DNA from: Phocaeicola sp.
GTDB taxonomy: Bacteria; Bacteroidota; Bacteroidia; Bacteroidales; Bacteroidaceae
Direction of reading: 5' to 3'
DNA length: 64,000 nt
Assembly: GCA_051648565.1 (NCBI GenBank)
Contig: JBOFFJ010000183.1
Span: 30,993 to 94,992 of the forward strand
Shown here: piece after piece, positions 19,480-26,777 of the stretch
How the letters are laid out: each line of letters starts with the position of its first letter
Numbering within the stretch: the stretch's first letter is position 1
Position numbers and translations under genes: made by a program
The notes under the pieces: model-generated
Seen by the model: only the letters and a program-made list of their open reading frames with translations
Told to the model about the DNA's origin: nothing
Databases searched by the model: none

Positions 19480-21009
19480 CTAATTCATGAAGCGGAAAAC
19501 AGGTAACTGCTCCCCTTCTTGGGCTTCAATGATTTTATAATTCACAAATCCATTTGATGATTCTGGTTCGAGCATCACTGCCACCAATCGACCTCTTTTT
19601 TGGTTGGTACGTACTATGTGTGTACCTATAGGTAGCTGAATGCTCTTTTTCTGAAGGGTGGTAGTTACCTTGATAGGTGTAAATGTAGCAAAGGATATTT
19701 GTTCCTCTTCTTGCTTAGTTACCTTGAAAACTTCTACCTCTACATCCATGGCTTCTGCTAGTTGGATTGTCTCGATGCCCATTTTATGAAGCGTTTCGAT
19801 GGCTCTTTTCTCTGTTGGGAGGATAAAGTATTTAGTTGGTAACTCTCTAGCCTGTTTAATTTCTGACTTCATGGCATTCGAAACCGTCAAATTCAGTGTA
19901 TCCAGCCTATTTTTTAGTTGGTTTACGAAGGGAAGAGGGTACTCTTCTATTCTCTCTGAACTAAACTCTATAGCCACTGGTTTTACCTCTTTACTAGCTG
20001 CATGGATGGCCTCTAGTAGCTGTTCGTTGTTGTTGTAGGTTGTATGTGCAAAGCTTTGGGCCAGCAAGTATACATTTTGAATTCTTCGATTGATGCCTGC
20101 TCTTCCCAGTCCGATGCCTCGTGTCTCTGTTAAAATGGTAAATGCATTGTTGAGTGCAAGTGAGTTGGTTGTTGATCTGGGTGAAGTACCTCCTAGGTTC
20201 ATTACCACACCACTGCTTGTCTTCTTAGGAGTGTAGTAGGTGTGTGAAGAGTGGTTATTTTCCTTCAATACTTGCTTTACATTGGCTATGAATAGTGATT
20301 CTACAGAAGCTCTAATGGGGCTTGCTACGTTGGGGTTGCCAGAGGTTAAAAACATCACGTCCCACGGTAAGGAGAGTACCTCACTCGACAAGAGTGAATA
20401 GGCACTCTTAAGGGGTTGGTATTCGTGAAAATCGATGCAAACATGTGGGTCGGCTTGATTTACCACCTTGCGTAGTGCTACTGCCTCGGGTGTTTCTAAG
20501 CGCACTTGGTCACGGTTTAAGTCAATCCCATTGGCTGTTTGACGTGTCATACGTTGAGCACCATCGGCATTCACCATGGGAAGTATGTAGAAATCAATCC
20601 TCTCTAAAAGAGTTTTCATGGTGGGGTCTGAAGTCACTTTTTCAATAAAATGCAACAACCCTTCGGTACCCGCTGGTTCGTCACCGTGTATACGTGCCAT
20701 GTAAAGCACCCTCATTTTGGTAGTTGCTGCTTGTTTGTTAGATAGTTTCACCAAGAGAATTTCTCTCTCTCTTTGTGTTTTTCCTACCTCCTCTACCTCC
20801 ATAATCTCCTGGTTAGCCTTTTGTAGCTCAAACAGATAGCTCTTCATCTCTTTGAAGGAGGTATATCCTGTTGATTTTGAACCAATGGGACTTTTTGTTT
20901 CCCACTGGGTGGGATTGGGAAAGAATTTCTGTTGAACCTTTTTTAAATCTTGCGCAGCGAGTGTGCTAAATAGTATAGAGGCCAGAAATAGATATAGTTT
21001 TTTGTTCAT
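19480..21009 (-). CDS. Secreted M14 zinc carboxypeptidase
   Basis: Signal peptide; HGDEP (HxxE), NADG, ANGIDLNRD, DFHE, ETRG: complete M14 zinc/catalytic set. Confidence 0.88.
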   Translation of the reverse strand: MNKKLYLFLASILFSTLAAQDLKKVQQKFFPNPTQWETKSPIGSKSTGYTSFKEMKSYLFELQKANQEIMEVEEVGKTQREREILLVKLSNKQAATTKMRVLYMARIHGDEPAGTEGLLHFIEKVTSDPTMKTLLERIDFYILPMVNADGAQRMTRQTANGIDLNRDQVRLETPEAVALRKVVNQADPHVCIDFHEYQPLKSAYSLLSSEVLSLPWDVMFLTSGNPNVASPIRASVESLFIANVKQVLKENNHSSHTYYTPKKTSSGVVMNLGGTSPRSTTNSLALNNAFTILTETRGIGLGRAGINRRIQNVYLLAQSFAHTTYNNNEQLLEAIHAASKEVKPVAIEFSSERIEEYPLPFVNQLKNRLDTLNLTVSNAMKSEIKQARELPTKYFILPTEKRAIETLHKMGIETIQLAEAMDVEVEVFKVTKQEEEQISFATFTPIKVTTTLQKKSIQLPIGTHIVRTNQKRGRLVAVMLEPESSNGFVNYKIIEAQEGEQLPVFRFMN

Positions 21010-21021
21010 AATCTTGTTCGT

Positions 21022-22422
21022 TTAAAATGCGAGTTGGAATAATAAGGTGAAACTTTTCTCCCATCCACTTACTGACTCCTCATTGGGGTTGCGAATCGTT
21101 CCATTGGTCTTGGCTAGCCCAAAGTTGGCTTGTACTTTGGCGGCATACGATTTACTTAAATATTTGGTCACGCAGAAATCCATGTAATCGCTTCGGTTGA
21201 AGAAAAGATCGTTGTTCATGAATGAATATTCATCAGGCATAAGGTGGGTGTAGCGCACATCGAACGAGAAGAAGTTGCGCATCAGATAACCTGCCTGGAT
21301 GTTGTAACCCGAACCAATCATCATTCTATTTTTGATGTAGTTCTCTATGTTATTCTCTCCATTAATCGTAAAGTCTGACGATACAGTTCCGTCTGTACGT
21401 ACGCGGTAAGCAATAGATGAAGGAACATGTGCCCAGGTCTTTACATACTCTCCCAACATGCTAAATCCTTGCCACTTAAACATAAAGTCTAGTGTAAGCT
21501 TACCCATATCGGGTAGTGCACTCCTTTTATCGGCATCTTGGTAAAGAATAGCTCCTCCTTCGCGTCCGCCTCTACGGTCACTTACTCCATCGTTGTAGCT
21601 GTACGAAGCTCCTATAACCAATCTGGGTTTAATCTCGAAAGCTAGATCAGATTGGCGTGTTTCGCCAGCTAGGCGGAAGAGGCCAAAGGGAAGGTAGTTT
21701 AGGCGTGCACCATATTTTAATCCACCGTATCTCTTCTCGGCACTGATGGGCCCATCGCCATCGGTTATTGAAACCGAGGGGCGCAGGTAGCTAGAGGTAC
21801 CCACTTTGTAAGTGCCTGAAGCAACCACACCAATTTCTCGGATGGTACCAAAGAGTGAGCTTAACTTACTTCGGTCTGTAAACTGCAGGGTGGCAGAGTT
21901 CATCTGCAACTCGCGGTTGTCGGTAGGGGTTGAACGTTGTCCAAAAGAGATGGAGAGTTTGTTATTTCCCCAAGGGTGATAGGCTACAAAAGCATCGGAT
22001 AGCATCGCTCCAACCCCTTCGGCATCGGTTTCACTTCCCTTTACCATATCTAGTCCCAATCGGTACCTTATTTTGTTGTTAAAGGCTTTCCCATTCAGTC
22101 TAAGGCGGGCACGTCTTACCCTAAAGCGTGAATAGAGCTCATCGCCTTCAGGGTACATTTGGGTTTGAAAGGTGGTTTGAATATAGCCACTCAGGTTCAT
22201 TCCATAGGAATCGGTAGTGGAGAGAAGTGAGATACCATCTCCCAATGTATAGCTATCTAATTGAAATCTCTTTTTCATTTGGTAGAGATCCTCTGCATAG
22301 TCTCCATCTTGTAGGTCATCGAAATCAATCGACACATCTTCATCCGTCTGTGCAAATAGAGGAACGCCCATATTTCCTAGCAGGAAGAGTGTGATAAATA
22401 GAACTAGTTTGTTTATTTTCAT
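21022..22422 (-). CDS. Outer-membrane porin, OprO/OprP-like (paralogue of 18240-19451)
   Basis: Signal peptide from MKINKL; RFRVRRARL, SFGQ, IREIG, GGLKYG motifs; C-terminal Phe. Confidence 0.75.
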   Translation of the reverse strand: MKINKLVLFITLFLLGNMGVPLFAQTDEDVSIDFDDLQDGDYAEDLYQMKKRFQLDSYTLGDGISLLSTTDSYGMNLSGYIQTTFQTQMYPEGDELYSRFRVRRARLRLNGKAFNNKIRYRLGLDMVKGSETDAEGVGAMLSDAFVAYHPWGNNKLSISFGQRSTPTDNRELQMNSATLQFTDRSKLSSLFGTIREIGVVASGTYKVGTSSYLRPSVSITDGDGPISAEKRYGGLKYGARLNYLPFGLFRLAGETRQSDLAFEIKPRLVIGASYSYNDGVSDRRGGREGGAILYQDADKRSALPDMGKLTLDFMFKWQGFSMLGEYVKTWAHVPSSIAYRVRTDGTVSSDFTINGENNIENYIKNRMMIGSGYNIQAGYLMRNFFSFDVRYTHLMPDEYSFMNNDLFFNRSDYMDFCVTKYLSKSYAAKVQANFGLAKTNGTIRNPNEESVSGWEKSFTLLFQLAF

Positions 22423-22441
22423 GTTGAATGATTTAAATGGA

Positions 22442-23587
22442 TTATACTTCAAAATTACCTTTGCGAACCATCTTCTGCTCTTTCATAAACTCTATGCCTT
22501 GAGAGATGACATGCGTGAGTCTGAATGATTGATCGAAGAAGCAGAAGTCGGCATCATAGCCCACCTTTATCTCACCTTTATTTTTCAATTTCATATTCTT
22601 GGCTGCATTCTCCGTAACCAGCTTAAAGGCATCTTTGGGATGCATTCCTCCTTCGGTAATGAGTTTGATGGTCTGCTCTAAGTTTAGATGCAAGGGTGCC
22701 AACTTGTAGGTATCTACACCTGTTATTGGGTCAATGCGTCTTACACCTGCATTGCCATCACTGCTGAAAGAGATTCTACTGATGTCGACTCCTTGTTCCA
22801 ATGCCATCAGTACCGCTTTATAGGGCTCTGTAAATTTGGTTCCTCCAGTAGATATGTCAATCATGCCACCTAACTTGGCAAACTCAATTGCTTGATTAAA
22901 TAGCGCTTCGGTTCGGATGGTATGGGTGGGTGAAATGTAATGAACAAGTGTGGGATACTTCTTGGCTATATCGAGTAATAGCGACATGCCATCGGGCAAT
23001 CCTCCTAGGTGAACATGCATCACTCCTCCTTTGGCCGATGTAAAGCCACCCAAACGTACTTGGTTAATAATGCGTAGCAATTCCTCTTCGGTGGGGTGTG
23101 AGCTTCGGTCGTCACAGATGGCAATCTTACACCCGATAACTGGATCGATGTAGATTAAATCTTCGGTTACCGAGTTGGTGAGCGTCGGCGTAGGAAGACC
23201 ATAAAAGCCTGTTAGCATGTAGGCAGAAAGTCCATTCATTCTTAATGACATGGTTTTAGCATAGAGCTGGGGTAGTTTCTTTACAAATCCATCTGTACCT
23301 AGTAGCCCTACTACGGTAGTGGTGCCACAGGCTACTAATGCTTGTACTTGCACCTCGGGTGCTAATGAGCTAAAACCTGTTTGGCCACCGCCGCCAATCA
23401 CATGTACGTGAATGTCAATCAATCCTGGAGTAACCCAGGCCCCTGCTGCATCAATTACTTCTACCTCTAAGTTGCCCGTATCGATGCAACTATCAATGGC
23501 AGCAATCTTATTGTTGTGAATAAGAATCTGTTTTAAATCGGCCTCTACACTGTGATAAAGGCGTGCGTTTGTTATAAGTTTAAACAT
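22442..23587 (-). CDS. iadA: Beta-aspartyl peptidase / isoaspartyl dipeptidase, IadA-like amidohydrolase
   Basis: PGLIDIHVHVIGGGG, GTTTVVGLLGTDG, MLTGFY, IGCKIAI.D.RS, HVHLG, PTH..R, SSDGNA align with E. coli IadA metal-ligand motifs. Confidence 0.88.
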   Translation of the reverse strand: MFKLITNARLYHSVEADLKQILIHNNKIAAIDSCIDTGNLEVEVIDAAGAWVTPGLIDIHVHVIGGGGQTGFSSLAPEVQVQALVACGTTTVVGLLGTDGFVKKLPQLYAKTMSLRMNGLSAYMLTGFYGLPTPTLTNSVTEDLIYIDPVIGCKIAICDDRSSHPTEEELLRIINQVRLGGFTSAKGGVMHVHLGGLPDGMSLLLDIAKKYPTLVHYISPTHTIRTEALFNQAIEFAKLGGMIDISTGGTKFTEPYKAVLMALEQGVDISRISFSSDGNAGVRRIDPITGVDTYKLAPLHLNLEQTIKLITEGGMHPKDAFKLVTENAAKNMKLKNKGEIKVGYDADFCFFDQSFRLTHVISQGIEFMKEQKMVRKGNFEV

Positions 23588-23593
23588 GGTGCA

Positions 23594-24973
23594 TTAGATG
23601 AATAAGTAGTTGTAGAATAACATAAAAATCAACGCTCCTCCGAGGGGGATGAAATTACGCTTGGCTAAATCAAATGGAGAGACACCTGCTACTTCGGCAA
23701 TGGCAATAATAACGCCTGCAATGGGGGAGGTAGCTCTACCCATACTGGCCGAGAGTTGCATGGGTAGTATCATGTCTGCCGATGGTATGCCCAATTTTTG
23801 TGCAATCGAAGGTACAAGTGGTCCGAATGAGAAGAAAGAGGCATTACCGCTTCCCATGAGCATGGCAGCAAAGAAAATAAGAATGGTAATGGCTATTCCA
23901 ATGGCCACTCCCGAGAAGCCTACGTGTGTGGCACCCTCTACCAATGCATTGATTAGCCCCAAGTTAATAAGCCCTTTTGAGAAGACCTCTGCGCAAACAA
24001 TGAGTGTAACTACATCGGTGAATACTTTTCCCATCCCATTCCAAAAAGCCTTAATACTGTTGTAGGTATCTTTAAAGCTCTTGGTGCGACATAAATCAAA
24101 CAGCATAGCAATAATGAGCGATACCACCATGGCAGTGGTTGTATCTAACTCTATAGCTGGATGAAAGAGTTGCAAATACTTGGAGAATAGAATCAACATT
24201 AAGAGTGGCAGAACCGGTAATAGGGCAAAAATAAGGGGTACTTCCAGTTTCATTTCAGTGACTTGGATAGGCTTTTCGGCCACTATTTTACCCGCTTCTA
24301 GATCTTTCTTATCAAAGTATCGATTGGTGAAGTAATAGAGTATCATTAGCAATATAGTCATTGGGATAGCCATAGGTAGTTGGTGCTCAATGAAATACAT
24401 TACATTGTTCATCTCTAATAGTTCCGATGCTTTTGCTGTATTGGCTGAGCCAGGTCCCATATCGAAAACGGTACAAGCCGAGATAACCGAAACGGCTGTC
24501 AATCTACTTACTCCTAGATTAACCAGTACGGGTAGGATAGAGGCAACCAATAGCAGCCCTAATCCCGCTGCACTGGGTGTACAGATAAAGAGTAGCTGTC
24601 CTATGGGAATGATTGAAATAGCTGCCATGTAAGGGTATTTACGGAAGAGTGATAACGGTTGCATTGATACATAGACCAACGCATCACTAGCCTTAATTTG
24701 TTTCATGTAGGCCACATAGCCTCCGATAGACATAATCATTAAACCTACTCTCACTAAGTTGGTAGAGAAGGTCTCTACTACAATTTTGAATAGGTCAAAG
24801 AAGGCCCCACCTGTAGGTTTAACTGGTTCAAGCGATTGCCCAAGTAGCCCTGCAATGGCTAGCATGGCAATACCAGTGACCAAAAGTACCACCTGTGGAT
24901 TGTATTTTTTATATAGCCAATAAGCCGTGAGTATGATAAACTGAACGGCTATTATTACTCCTAGTAGTGTCAT
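23594..24973 (-). CDS. dcuC: C4-dicarboxylate transporter, DcuC family
   Basis: ~12 TM; IMSIGGYVAYM, MGSGNA.FFSF.PL.P.IA, LPMQ..S.MGR..SPIAGV, VSPF...KR. Confidence 0.87.
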   Translation of the reverse strand: MTLLGVIIAVQFIILTAYWLYKKYNPQVVLLVTGIAMLAIAGLLGQSLEPVKPTGGAFFDLFKIVVETFSTNLVRVGLMIMSIGGYVAYMKQIKASDALVYVSMQPLSLFRKYPYMAAISIIPIGQLLFICTPSAAGLGLLLVASILPVLVNLGVSRLTAVSVISACTVFDMGPGSANTAKASELLEMNNVMYFIEHQLPMAIPMTILLMILYYFTNRYFDKKDLEAGKIVAEKPIQVTEMKLEVPLIFALLPVLPLLMLILFSKYLQLFHPAIELDTTTAMVVSLIIAMLFDLCRTKSFKDTYNSIKAFWNGMGKVFTDVVTLIVCAEVFSKGLINLGLINALVEGATHVGFSGVAIGIAITILIFFAAMLMGSGNASFFSFGPLVPSIAQKLGIPSADMILPMQLSASMGRATSPIAGVIIAIAEVAGVSPFDLAKRNFIPLGGALIFMLFYNYLFI

Positions 24974-24998
24974 ATATATATAGGTATTTGTAATGTTA

Positions 24999-26456
24999 CT
25001 ATTCTCCTCTAACTAATCCTGCCTTGTCACTACTTCCACTTCCTAGTTGGTCGTAAAGAGCAGCAGGTACCGTATAGGTTACTTCAACACCATCAACTTT
25101 ATTCTTACCCATGTTGAGTGTTTTTAAATTGGCATAACTTGTTGGCCGAATAAAATCGGCTGGTACTATTTCATTGGCGCTTAAATTAATAGTAACTAGG
25201 AGACTATTTTTGCTTAGATCTACCGCTTTTAATCGATCGAGTGAACTTGATGCTGATCCTTGAATATCTAAATTGATCAATTTAGTATTTTTCGATAGAT
25301 CCAATACGCTAAGGCCTGCCGTACGTACAATAAGTGATTTTAGCTCGGTTAAGTTCTCAAGTGGAAGAGCCTCTGTAAAGGCGTTAGAGGTAGCTATAAT
25401 TTCAGTCACTCCCGAAAAGAGTTGTAGCCCATCTGCATTGGCTATTTTTACAGCTGCAGTAGCTATGCCTGCTGTTTCTAGTTTAGTAATAAAAGCGCTC
25501 GCTTTACTGATGTTTAGAATACCTGTATAAGTGGCTGCAATCTCGGTGTCGATATAGATTTTATCCTCTTTAAGAATCACAACTCCTTCTGGCAATTTCA
25601 AAGTAGCATCTTCCACATTATTCATTAAGTAGTACAGATAGTCTGCAAAGGCTTGGTCTTTGACTAGGTACTCCTTGTCCGAAGGTGTTTCGCCATTGTT
25701 ATCTTCGGCTGGTTCAACTCCCTTTTTGGTTATTAATTGGTCGTATAGATCTTGTGGAATGGGGAAGTTAGCACCTGTATTTCCTGATAAATCTAGATCG
25801 ACTAAGTTCGCATACAAAGTAGGCAGCTTTAATCCCTCTTTCGTAATGAGGTGATTGATTAGATAGATGTGTTCGGCTTTTGTATTTCCAGCTAAGTCAA
25901 TGGCTGTAAGTCGTTGGTTCTCGGTTGCGCTTGAGCTAGCACTGTATCTTAATCGCTTAATCGAGGTAGGAAGGATTAGTTCATTGACCAAGTTGGCATT
26001 CATTTCAAGCGTGTCTAACTGGGTAAGTTCACTTAAATCCAACTTCCCTTCGACTGAATTTGAGGTTAGCTTTAAGTTGCTGCATTGCGTGAAATATTGA
26101 ATTCCATCTAAGTTACTAATTTTTACAGCTGCCGAGGCTACTCCTGCTGCTTCGAGTGCTTCAATGCGCTTTGCATCTTTTACTAGGTATAGTGCTTTTA
26201 CCTCTTTTGCTTTAGTTGTATCGAGTAGAAAATTATCATCTTGTTTGATACAGATGCCATAGGGTAATAGATTTTCGCTTGTTGCTGCTAACGTAGTGTT
26301 ATAAATTAAGTATTCGGCAAATGCTACGTCACTGAGTGGGTATAAGGTTGTTTCATCTGGTTCTTCTACTGATGATTGAACATCTTCTGTAGAGCAACTG
26401 AAGAAAAAGGAGATAAACCCGATTAGGAGCATGAAGTGGTGTGTAATTCTTCTCAT
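24999..26456 (-). CDS. Leucine-rich-repeat surface lipoprotein made of two homologous ~210-aa modules
   Basis: Lipobox FFFSC; LxxLxLxxN repeats; internal duplication DVAFAEYLIY.../DQAFADYLYY... Confidence 0.8.
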   Translation of the reverse strand: MRRITHHFMLLIGFISFFFSCSTEDVQSSVEEPDETTLYPLSDVAFAEYLIYNTTLAATSENLLPYGICIKQDDNFLLDTTKAKEVKALYLVKDAKRIEALEAAGVASAAVKISNLDGIQYFTQCSNLKLTSNSVEGKLDLSELTQLDTLEMNANLVNELILPTSIKRLRYSASSSATENQRLTAIDLAGNTKAEHIYLINHLITKEGLKLPTLYANLVDLDLSGNTGANFPIPQDLYDQLITKKGVEPAEDNNGETPSDKEYLVKDQAFADYLYYLMNNVEDATLKLPEGVVILKEDKIYIDTEIAATYTGILNISKASAFITKLETAGIATAAVKIANADGLQLFSGVTEIIATSNAFTEALPLENLTELKSLIVRTAGLSVLDLSKNTKLINLDIQGSASSSLDRLKAVDLSKNSLLVTINLSANEIVPADFIRPTSYANLKTLNMGKNKVDGVEVTYTVPAALYDQLGSGSSDKAGLVRGE

Positions 26457-26540
26457 CTTTACTTTTTATTAATTGAATGATTTTTTTTGTTATAGCTGTC
26501 AAAGTAAAGGCTAAACCATAAATAAAGAGGTGAATATAGC

Positions 26541-26557
26541 CATTAACGAAACATTAA
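26541..26557 (-). promoter_or_regulatory. Candidate activator site: TTAATG direct repeat at 11-bp period upstream of the LRR-dcuC-iadA operon
   Basis: + strand CATTAA at 26541 and 26552; a -7-like TTACTTTG at 26500-26507 on the - strand. Confidence 0.4.
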
Positions 26558-26777
26558 TACCAAACATAATTGTCTCCTATTTGTTTGTTAACTTCTATGT
26601 AATAAACCATTTATGGCTAAAATGTATTCCTGCTGGGGTAATTAGGCAGATTCTATTGAGGTGTTGTGAAAGGGTATGAAAGGATGGCCAACCTCTAGGT
26701 TAATGAGGTAGGCAGTGGGTAGCATAGGGAGAAAAAAGAGGTAAAGAGAGTAGAAGAAATGGGTTTGAGAGAGGAGG

